64,000 nt of DNA, from contig JAXDCA010000066.1 in the NCBI GenBank assembly GCA_034678305.1, positions 8,077 through 72,076 of the forward strand. Reading direction: 5' to 3'. Both the position numbers and the translations under genes were made by a program. The notes under the pieces were generated by a model, which worked only from the letters and a program-made list of their open reading frames with translations, had not been told where the DNA came from and made no database searches. Positions 48,428 through 56,863 of the stretch are shown here, piece after piece. This DNA comes from Bellilinea sp. GTDB taxonomy: Bacteria; Chloroflexota; Anaerolineae; Anaerolineales; Anaerolineaceae. How positions within the stretch are numbered: the stretch's first letter is position 1; every line of letters begins with the position of its first letter.

Positions 48428-48555
48428 GCCAGGGCTATCTGTCAGACGGCCTGCTCGATGACCAGAATGAGGATGCGCACCATGATCGGCTGGATAGAAG
48501 ATAAGGCGGTAAACAACCACAGCCCTGCTGGTATATCGGAACGATTGGAGATGGC

Positions 48556-49263
48556 GTGATTCACCCGGTGTACATTGCGCTTGGCTCCAATCTTGGCGAT
48601 CGATTGGATAACCTGCGCACAGCTGTTCGCGATCTTTTCCCGCGCGCGCCAGTATGCCGGGTATCGAATATCTATCAGACTCCGCCCTGGGGATATCTTG
48701 ACCAGCCGTACTTTCTCAATATGGTCGTCGAAGCGCAAACTTCACTCACCCCGCGCGAGCTGCTCGATTATCTAAGAACGCTGGAGAGTCAAATGGGTCG
48801 TGAGAAGACCATCGTCAACGGTCCGCGCACCATCGACATGGATATCCTTTTCTACGGAAATCAGATCTACAACGATGAGGAACTAACGATTCCGCATCCG
48901 CGTATGCGCGGGCGTGGTTTTGTGATGCTGCCGTTGGCAGATTTGACGACAACCTATATTCATCCAGTATTCAGGTTGCGCATCGCTGGGATGCTGAAAG
49001 AATGTGACATCCTTGAAATTCAACCCTTTTCTAGCGCAGCAGATTTCGAAGTCAGTCTGAGCGATGAGCGCATGCTTATGCCGGTCGAAGCCACGCTTGC
49101 GCTCAAAGGAAACGAACAGGCAGCGCGCATATTCCACTCGCTGCCGCCTTCGCACCAGCAAGAGCATTTACGTTATATCGCTGAGGCCAGAAAAGCTGAA
49201 ACCCGTCACCGACGCGCCAGCAGAATGCTGGAGACACTGCTCAGAGATGGACAAACGCAATGA
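48556..49263 (+). CDS. folK: HPPK with C-terminal YdeI/OmdA-like domain
   Basis: LGSNLGD, FLN, PRTIDMDIL, IPHPR; tail FHSLPPSHQQE...ARKAETRHRR. Confidence 0.9.
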   Translation: MIHPVYIALGSNLGDRLDNLRTAVRDLFPRAPVCRVSNIYQTPPWGYLDQPYFLNMVVEAQTSLTPRELLDYLRTLESQMGREKTIVNGPRTIDMDILFYGNQIYNDEELTIPHPRMRGRGFVMLPLADLTTTYIHPVFRLRIAGMLKECDILEIQPFSSAADFEVSLSDERMLMPVEATLALKGNEQAARIFHSLPPSHQQEHLRYIAEARKAETRHRRASRMLETLLRDGQTQ

Positions 49264-50126
49264 CCATTTATCCTTGTTTAGATTTCAGCAAACGCACTTA
49301 TATCATGGGGATCATAAACGTCACTTCCGACAGTTTCTCCGGTGACGGGATATTGAATAATCAGGATGCCATTCACGCAGCGGTCGAACAGGCGCAACGG
49401 TTTGTCGATGCTGGCGCGGACATCCTCGACATTGGTGGAGAGAGTACGCGTCCCGGGTCTCAACCCGTTACCGCCGAGGAGGAACTGGAGCGGGTGCTGC
49501 CGGTAGTGCGCACCATAACCAGCAGCGGGCTGGATGCGATCCTCTCGATCGATACCTACAAAGCCAGCGTGGCGGAAGCGGCGGTAAAAGCCGGCGCCCA
49601 TTGGATCAACGATGTGTGGGGCTTACATGCAGATCCAAATCTTGCGGAGATCGCAGCACGAAACAGAACGCCTTTGGTATTGATGCACAACCGCAGCAAG
49701 CCATCCAATGCTCAACTGCAGGAGCTCCTCGGCGGACGCTATATCGGCGTCGATTATCAGGAGCTGATCGAGGATATTAAACGAGAACTAATGGACAGCG
49801 TGAGCATCGCCCGCAGCGCAGGCGTTGAAGATGAAATGATCATCCTCGATCCGGGCATAGGCTTTGGCAAGACGGTCGAGCAAAACCTGGAATTGATTCG
49901 CCGGCTTGGTGAGTTGAAGTCACTCGGTTTCCCGATTCTACTTGGGCCATCACGCAAGTCGTTCATCGGCTATACCTTGAACTTGCCCCCCGACCAGCGC
50001 CTGGAAGGAACGCTGGCAGCCTGCGTGCTCGGCATTCAGGCCGGCGCGAACATCTTGCGAGTGCACGATGTCGAGGCAGTTGTGCGTGCAGCGCGCATGA
50101 CGGATGCTATTCTACGCGCTCGATAA
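49260..50126 (+). CDS. folP: Dihydropteroate synthase
   Basis: GIINVT.DSFS, GGESTRPG, DPGIGF, SRKSF, RVHDV. Confidence 0.96.
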   Translation: MTIYPCLDFSKRTYIMGIINVTSDSFSGDGILNNQDAIHAAVEQAQRFVDAGADILDIGGESTRPGSQPVTAEEELERVLPVVRTITSSGLDAILSIDTYKASVAEAAVKAGAHWINDVWGLHADPNLAEIAARNRTPLVLMHNRSKPSNAQLQELLGGRYIGVDYQELIEDIKRELMDSVSIARSAGVEDEMIILDPGIGFGKTVEQNLELIRRLGELKSLGFPILLGPSRKSFIGYTLNLPPDQRLEGTLAACVLGIQAGANILRVHDVEAVVRAARMTDAILRAR

Positions 50127-50173
50127 CTAATTAAATTATCAAGTGACTTTCGTCGATAGCACTTTGAAGTTAG

Positions 50174-50515
50174 GGATGGGAGAAGGATGTTGTCAATTCA
50201 ACGAACGTAGTGCGGAGAAATCTTTATGCTATGATGCGATAGATTTCTCGCTTCGCTCGAAATGACAGAGGCACCTCAAAATGACGGGGCGTCTTTTTGT
50301 TTTGGATGGGAGAAGGATGTTGTCAATTCAACGAACGTAGTGCGGAGAAATCTTCATGCTATGATGCGATAGATTTCTCGCTTCGCTCAAAATGATAGAA
50401 ACGCCTCGAATTGATAAAGGAGATGTAGTCAGATCTGCGCCCCGAAGGATTGGGCATGCGAGTTACTTTTCCTTATATATAAAGGGCTGTCCCTTCGGCG
50501 TTCCTGGGACAGCCC
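50174..50515. repeat. Composite repeat cassette B: two palindromes (50191-50267, 50321-50397; period 130) and conserved tail
   Basis: Near-identical 92-bp duplication 50174-50265 / 50304-50395; tail matches 38321-38398. Confidence 0.88.
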
Positions 50516-50557
50516 CCTTCATTTCTTATTTTTTTTCTTTATCGCCGATCCAAACCT

Positions 50558-51679
50558 TTATGGGTAGGTATTGTTCCAGAACCAGTTGTAGGCGTAATAT
50601 CCAGCCGGGCAGTCCATGCGGATGGCTATCTTGGTCGATCCCTTTAATCCTTCGGGGATATTGAAGGTTGCTTCAAAGGTTCCGCCTGTGCCGGAATCCT
50701 TCGTGCCTACCGTCGTTCCACCTATTCCCTTGGTGCCGTACGCCCCCATCTTCATGGTAAAGGTTTGACCTGCTGGCACATTCTTTGCTTTGATAGTGAC
50801 CGATGTATCCTTGACCACCGCGCTGATGCTGAACGTCGGGTAACCAGTATATCCACTGACTGCCGTAGCTGACGGGGTTTCTCCTGCGGTTATGTCGCTG
50901 TTATTGAACCAGTTGTAGGCGTAATAGCCGCCAGTGGTGCTATCCATGCGGATAGCAATTTTGGCTGACCCTTTCAACGATTCAGGGATGTTGTAAGTTT
51001 TCTCGAAAGCTCCCCCGCTGCCTGAATCGGTTGTGCCGACCTCGATGCCGCCAATAGCCTTGGTGCCGTAAGCGCCCATGCGCACGGTGAAGGTTTTCCC
51101 GGCAGGGAAGTTATTCGTCTTGATCGTCACACTTGTGCCCTTCACCACGGAGACAATGCTGAAGGTCGGTATATTGCTATAAGCAGTGCCAGAGGGCGTT
51201 GCTGTCGCAGGTGTTTTCGTTGGTGTTTTGGTTGGTGCTGTCGTAGTTGATGGCGTTTTGGTTGGCGTTGCCACGCTTGTCGCGCTGATGTTGTCGAACC
51301 AGTTGTATGCATAATAGCCAGAGGGACTATCCATGCGGATGGCAATTTGGGTTTTACCCTTGAGCGAATCGGGAATATTGTAGGTAAGTTTTAGCGTTCC
51401 ACCTGTGCCGGAATCGGCAGTGCCTACGACCACACCACCGATCGCTTTGGTGCCCATGAGGCCCATGCGCACGGTAAAGGTCTGGTCGGGCGGCAGGTTG
51501 TTGGTCTGGATGGTTACCGAGACATCCTTGGTGACACTGACGATGCTGAATGTCGGGTAACCGGTATACGCCTTTACCAGCGACGAAGGCAAGAAAGCAA
51601 ATGTGATTGCTAGGATCAACCCAATGACAACCAGGCTCGCTGCTATTTTTGCCATTTTTGACGGAGTCGATTTTTTCAT
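50558..51679 (-). CDS. Secreted protein with three ~90-aa beta-rich repeats
   Basis: Signal peptide; 3x PTFSI..V.K..SVTI...GTK.IGG..IAIRMD..GYYAYNWF; Thr/Pro linkers; AGGAGG SD. Confidence 0.85.
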   Translation of the reverse strand: MKKSTPSKMAKIAASLVVIGLILAITFAFLPSSLVKAYTGYPTFSIVSVTKDVSVTIQTNNLPPDQTFTVRMGLMGTKAIGGVVVGTADSGTGGTLKLTYNIPDSLKGKTQIAIRMDSPSGYYAYNWFDNISATSVATPTKTPSTTTAPTKTPTKTPATATPSGTAYSNIPTFSIVSVVKGTSVTIKTNNFPAGKTFTVRMGAYGTKAIGGIEVGTTDSGSGGAFEKTYNIPESLKGSAKIAIRMDSTTGGYYAYNWFNNSDITAGETPSATAVSGYTGYPTFSISAVVKDTSVTIKAKNVPAGQTFTMKMGAYGTKGIGGTTVGTKDSGTGGTFEATFNIPEGLKGSTKIAIRMDCPAGYYAYNWFWNNTYP

Positions 51680-51757
51680 AATTAGCCTCCTGTAAATAAA
51701 AGAGAGCCAAAGTAAATATAGTATAACAACATATTCCAAATAAACAAGAAATGGGAG

Positions 51758-52960
51758 CTAATCAGTAGCATTTGGATTGCTAATCCGCGGCCACAACCAG
51801 AATACCTGATCATCCACGGCGTCTCCGGCGTTACCCACTCTTAATATGAACTGAACCGTCTTCCCTTTGAGCGAATCCAGGCTTAGATCCACATTTTTAA
51901 ATCGACCATCGTAGGTTTCTTCCCAGGTGAGCAGGTTTTCAGCGGTTTTCCCATCCTCAGTATAATTCAACTCGAAAATAACCCGGCACTTGGGTACTTT
52001 TTGCAAACAACCGATGACAGTTTTGAACCGGTCGCCTTCTTTGACGGCATACTCCGGATAAATGCCTGAGATAAATCCATCCTTGCCCTCAGAGGGCAAT
52101 ACCATCAGCGCCGGCTCGTTATCTTTGGACATGTTTTCCAATATTGGCGTGTATGAGCGCATCACAGCGCCGTTGGCGCCAGCCAACTCCACCGAAGGGC
52201 AGTCCACCAGATCCAGGGGGGTTGACCATTCAGCCATGCAAAAATTCGAAGTGAAATCGTATGTCAACCCGGGCTCAGGCGACTCAGGGATGAACACAAC
52301 AATTTTCAATGCCAGCTCAGATGCAGGCGAATTGAGCATCTCTATTGGCACGCCCATTTCATTTTGCAGCTTCCAGAAGCCCTGATAAGTGCCTGAACGA
52401 AGCGGAGACTTTAGATTTAGCGAGATATCAACAATGGCCCCAGAAGGGACGCTGGTGTTGAGTGGAATCGAAGGCGGGGCATTGAAGTCGACGCCATGCG
52501 CAAAAGTTAACACAGTCTTGGATGACCATGCACACGATCCACTGTTTTGTACCTGCCACACTTTTAAAATCGGGCTGTCAGGTTGAAACCCCGCCCCGTC
52601 TGCTACGGTAATATTCTTTAGAAACGTCGCCTGGTAGCAGGGAGCATTCCTGCCTGGCAGCTTGACCTCGGCCTCAGCAGCCGTCTTTACCTGCACCTGT
52701 AAGATGGAAGTAGTACTATCTCCGCTGCTGGTTGCTGTCGGATAAGGTTTGTTAGCACCCTCGCTCTCTTGCATGGGAGGCGCGGTCGGCAAGGCAGCCC
52801 TGGTTGGACGGACAGTAAACGTCGCTGTGATTTTTGGGGTAGGCGAGGCAGCTCCACCGGCATTTTCAGCTTGCTGAGAAGTTTGCGACTCACAGGCCGA
52901 TAAAAAAATGACGATTGTAAAAATGATTATGGCGCAGCAAAGAAACCTACGCAACATCAT
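51758..52960 (-). CDS. Lipoprotein with NBR1-Ig-like domain
   Basis: LSAC lipobox; TV.DG..F....K.W...NSG.C.W...P...G.Y...W.L pattern. Confidence 0.78.
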   Translation of the reverse strand: MMLRRFLCCAIIIFTIVIFLSACESQTSQQAENAGGAASPTPKITATFTVRPTRAALPTAPPMQESEGANKPYPTATSSGDSTTSILQVQVKTAAEAEVKLPGRNAPCYQATFLKNITVADGAGFQPDSPILKVWQVQNSGSCAWSSKTVLTFAHGVDFNAPPSIPLNTSVPSGAIVDISLNLKSPLRSGTYQGFWKLQNEMGVPIEMLNSPASELALKIVVFIPESPEPGLTYDFTSNFCMAEWSTPLDLVDCPSVELAGANGAVMRSYTPILENMSKDNEPALMVLPSEGKDGFISGIYPEYAVKEGDRFKTVIGCLQKVPKCRVIFELNYTEDGKTAENLLTWEETYDGRFKNVDLSLDSLKGKTVQFILRVGNAGDAVDDQVFWLWPRISNPNATD

Positions 52961-53139
52961 AACTCCTTCAAACGTGACAATTATTGATCGTACTCCTTTG
53001 AGCAATCACCACCCCTGCCATTAGTATATCGCAGGTTCCCGCATAACAAGATGCGCAAAGATGATTCTTGTCCATGAATTCCTAACCGTGTCTATAAATG
53101 GTTCGGTTCCCCCGCCATAATTGACCGCTCGCTGAGCGC

Positions 53140-56100
53140 TCATTTCGAAACGGGAATGGTGAAATTAAAAGTAGTGCCTTGGCGGTATTGGCTTTCGAAC
53201 CAGATCTTACCTCCCTGCATTTCTACCAGGCTGCGGGTAATGTTCAGGCCAAGCCCCGCCCCGGGAGTCTCGCGCGTTTTCAGGTCTTCCGAACGGAAGA
53301 ATTTCTGGAATATCCGCGCTTGATCTTCCTCAGAAATTCCGATGCCGTTGTCTCTTACCCACACATGCACCATGCGATCGCCATCTATTTCTGCCAGCCC
53401 ATCGTCAAGAGCCTGGGCGCCCAGCGTAATTTCACCGCCCTGGTCTGTGTACTTATGGGCATTGCTGACCAGATTGACCAGAATCTGCATCAAACGGTCG
53501 TGATCTGCCCAAACAGAGGGCAGATGATCGGGAATTTGCGCGATAAAGCGCTGCCCCTTCTCTGCGATCTGGCGTTGGGTAGAGCGCTCGACTTCGCTGA
53601 CGATTTCTTTAAGCGCAACCGAGGAAAATTCCAGGCGGATGCACCCTGCCTCGATCTTGGTCAGGTCGTTCAGGTCTGAAACCAGCTTATTCATGCGGTC
53701 AATGTTAGCGAGGATAACTTGCAGAAAGCTGGCCTGGTTTTCATTGACAGGTCCAACCGCGCGCGCTGCCAGAAGCTCAGCGTAGCCTTTGATGGATGTC
53801 ATCGGATTTTTTAATTCATGCGCCACAAAAGACACGAACTCGCTTTTGGCGACATTCGCCGACTGGATTGCGTTATACAATTGCGCATTCGCGATGGCAA
53901 TCGAAGCATGGTCACCCAGGCGCGTCAAAAATTCAACTTTCTCTTGCGAAAATATGCCCGGCTGGAGACTTTCCAACAGTATCACTCCGATCGCAATGTT
54001 TTCCTGCTGAATTGGGATGACGATCTGGCTTCGAGCTCCATCGAGTAGAGCAGTTCCAGACTGATCGGGACAAATTTGCACGGGCTTGTTCTCCGCGATC
54101 ACCTGTCCCAGATGGACCATGCTGGTTGGCAGTGGGTGCTCGGCATATTCACTCAACTCATCAGCATATCCCTGTGAAGCCATCAGGTGGATTCCCTCTG
54201 GCTTGACCATGCCTACCAAACCTGCCGCAGCCCCCGACTGCCGCATTGCCCAATCCAATGTTATCTTCATCGCGCGTTTGACATCCAGGCTGGCATTCAA
54301 CTCGCGGTCTATCCGCTGCATGACCGATAACTCCTCCACTCGGGAAGCCAGCGCCTGATCCGTCATCGTATACAACGTGGCATTTTCGACCGCAACCGCA
54401 GCTTGAGATGCAAATGTGGTCAACAACTCCAGATCATCCTGGGTGAAATCCGTCCCGTCTCGATGATTGATCAGCTCGATCACACCGACCACGCGGTTCT
54501 TTACCAACATCGGCGCAGCCAGCAGCGAGCGCGGCTTAAATCCCTTGAAAGATTCGCGATGCTTGGGCCAGAAATCGGATAGGCCGGCGTCATTGATGAG
54601 AATGGTTTCACGGGTTGTGAAGGATTTTCCAGCGGGGCCGCTGCCTGCCGGCATGCGTTGATTGACCAGCGCGCCTGCTGCTGGCCCAAGCGCGGCTCGG
54701 AAAATCAACTCATTGGACTGTTTATCCGCCATCAACAGGCTGCCTGCCTCACAATCGAGGATTTCGACTGCGCTCTGAAGGATCTTCTTAAATAATCGCT
54801 CTTGATCGAGCGTCGATGATAATTGGCGTGTTGTGTCGTAAAGCGTTTTTAACTGATGGGTACGTTTTTCCGATTCAGCCAACAGCCGCGCTTTTACAAT
54901 CGCACCGGCGGCTAAATCGGCGATGGACTGCGCGGTTTGTTGTTGGGCAGCGTTGAACCCGGTGGAAGCCTCCCTGCGCCCAATGTTGACCACGCCGATC
55001 GTCTCCGCGCCAGCGCGCAGTGGGACTGCCAGCCATTCACGACAGTCAACCAGGCTCTCCTCGGCTCCACACAGCCGAAGCTCGCTGGAATAGTCCTCGC
55101 TGATATAAACGCAGCCCGAACGAACCGTTTCGTATTCCGGAAAGTATTGGATCGCCGCAAAGGATTTTTCGACAGCCAAGCAGCGTTCTTCCCCTTGAAC
55201 GGAGAACACCATCTTCGGTTCATTCAATGGCGGTTCAAATAAAACGATGCGAAACACATCCACCGGAATGATTCTGGCAGTCTGCGCATAAACCAATTCA
55301 TAAATATCATCCAGAGCCAGTGTCACATTAACCCCCTGCGCCACGCGCGTAAGCACATCCATTTCTTGCACGCGCCTTTGCAGGTCTTCAGTCAATTGCA
55401 CCCGTTCGAGTGCGATGGCAGCCAGTCCTGCTGTTTTTTCCAGTTGCTGAATAACTTGCGGATGATCGAATGCCTTTTTATCCCCGCTGCTGAGTACAAC
55501 CCATCCGAGCAGCCGTTCTCTGCTTTTAAGCGAAATCAGCGCTTGAGCATCTAACAATTCCAGGCGCGTTTTTTCACCTGATAGGTTCTTTGGGAATTTA
55601 TCTTGATCCAATCGCAGCAAAGACTGGTTTTGAGCGCTTAATTCATCTGCCAGCGAACTGTTGCTCGAAAAACGCAGGTCACTGCTCGCTAATCCACTTT
55701 CATCTACCGCTGCCAGGTAATAATTACTCTCGGGGTCGAGAATAAAAATATAAACTCGATCCGCCTGCATGAATGCAGAAATTTGATCCCTGAGAGCGGT
55801 TGTGATTTCATTGATTCTCCCTGCAGCTGAAAAGTCGAAGGGATGTAATTTCGCAAGCTGTGATTTCGGATCAATTCGCTGATCATTCCGTAGTATCAAT
55901 CTCCGACCGATCGGGAATAAGGCGAGCAAAGCTATAAGAATGATCAGGCTGGTAAATAATGGTTCGTAGAAACGGAAAGGATTGCCAAGCAGGACGGTAA
56001 ATCCAGCGACTAAAAATGCTGAGCTTATCACAACTAACGCGCCTAATACAAAGAAAAGCAGCCATTTTCTTGACTTGTTTTTCCGCAAACGTTCAGGCGA

Positions 56101-56178
56101 TCCCTGTCCGCGCCTTTGCTCAAAATTCGCAGATTGGTATGGCTTGGATGTGTCTTTTCGCAAATCTGGTTCTTCCAT
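53140..56178 (-). CDS. Membrane sensor histidine kinase with about 4 GAF domains
   Basis: 2 TM helices; repeated GAF ends (A.A.E/N); HELKNP, NLVSNAHKYT, DNGIG, GAGLGL. Confidence 0.92.
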   Translation of the reverse strand: MEEPDLRKDTSKPYQSANFEQRRGQGSPERLRKNKSRKWLLFFVLGALVVISSAFLVAGFTVLLGNPFRFYEPLFTSLIILIALLALFPIGRRLILRNDQRIDPKSQLAKLHPFDFSAAGRINEITTALRDQISAFMQADRVYIFILDPESNYYLAAVDESGLASSDLRFSSNSSLADELSAQNQSLLRLDQDKFPKNLSGEKTRLELLDAQALISLKSRERLLGWVVLSSGDKKAFDHPQVIQQLEKTAGLAAIALERVQLTEDLQRRVQEMDVLTRVAQGVNVTLALDDIYELVYAQTARIIPVDVFRIVLFEPPLNEPKMVFSVQGEERCLAVEKSFAAIQYFPEYETVRSGCVYISEDYSSELRLCGAEESLVDCREWLAVPLRAGAETIGVVNIGRREASTGFNAAQQQTAQSIADLAAGAIVKARLLAESEKRTHQLKTLYDTTRQLSSTLDQERLFKKILQSAVEILDCEAGSLLMADKQSNELIFRAALGPAAGALVNQRMPAGSGPAGKSFTTRETILINDAGLSDFWPKHRESFKGFKPRSLLAAPMLVKNRVVGVIELINHRDGTDFTQDDLELLTTFASQAAVAVENATLYTMTDQALASRVEELSVMQRIDRELNASLDVKRAMKITLDWAMRQSGAAAGLVGMVKPEGIHLMASQGYADELSEYAEHPLPTSMVHLGQVIAENKPVQICPDQSGTALLDGARSQIVIPIQQENIAIGVILLESLQPGIFSQEKVEFLTRLGDHASIAIANAQLYNAIQSANVAKSEFVSFVAHELKNPMTSIKGYAELLAARAVGPVNENQASFLQVILANIDRMNKLVSDLNDLTKIEAGCIRLEFSSVALKEIVSEVERSTQRQIAEKGQRFIAQIPDHLPSVWADHDRLMQILVNLVSNAHKYTDQGGEITLGAQALDDGLAEIDGDRMVHVWVRDNGIGISEEDQARIFQKFFRSEDLKTRETPGAGLGLNITRSLVEMQGGKIWFESQYRQGTTFNFTIPVSK

Positions 56179-56250
56179 CCACGCATCCTGGGTAAGTATG
56201 ATATTCCAGCCTGGATTTTTACCAGGTCTGATACGACTGGTTTACTATTT

Positions 56251-56760
56251 TTAGGTCGATTTCTTACGGATACTGCCTGCCCGTAATTCCAATGGCACTT
56301 GCCTTGCATTGAGCATTTTTAACAGTACGCGAACACGCTCACTACCAGAAATGCGCAGGTCAAATATCGCCTCATACCCTTCAAAGGGGCCATTTTCTAT
56401 TACCACCGCATCTCCCGTTGTTAATCCATCTAATTTTTTAGCGCCTATGGCATCGACATGCTCTACTCTGGCTCGGATCGCGGAGATCAACTCATCCGGG
56501 ACGGAAACGGGCTCTCCACCAGCAGAGACCAGTCCTTTCGTATAAGGCATCCATTGAAAGATGGATCGTCCGGTTGTTTCCAGGTCGGAGCGCACAAACA
56601 TATAACCGGGGAAATACGGGCGAATTTTTCGGGAACGCGGATTAACCGGAGTTACCCGCAAGCGTGGATAGAAAACCTCAATCCCCTGACTGAGCAGATG
56701 CCGCCAGAGGATTTCTTCCTTGTTGGGATGACTGTTAATGGCGTACCAATTGAGTGGCAT
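56251..56760 (-). CDS. Specialised NusG paralog (RfaH/UpxY/LoaP-like)
   Basis: WYAI..PNKE and FPGYMFV (NGN domain); GD.V.I..GPFEG (KOW); not in the secE-nusG-rplK context. Confidence 0.88.
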   Translation of the reverse strand: MPLNWYAINSHPNKEEILWRHLLSQGIEVFYPRLRVTPVNPRSRKIRPYFPGYMFVRSDLETTGRSIFQWMPYTKGLVSAGGEPVSVPDELISAIRARVEHVDAIGAKKLDGLTTGDAVVIENGPFEGYEAIFDLRISGSERVRVLLKMLNARQVPLELRAGSIRKKST

Positions 56761-56863
56761 AATCCGTTCGACCCGGCTTATTGCGTATTATACATTTTAA
56801 AACAACCTCGCAGCGCATGTGCAGTTTTCAGATACTTTACACTTTCAAAAATGGGGAGCCTAT

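Noticed and set aside
50174-50397. Tandem repeats as a CRISPR array (also 38091-38278)
   Set aside because: Only two units per locus; units are 75-92 bp and palindromic, far longer than CRISPR repeats; no cas genes.
55704-55710. GCGGTAG on the minus strand as an ops site
   Set aside because: Partial match inside a coding region; expected by chance.
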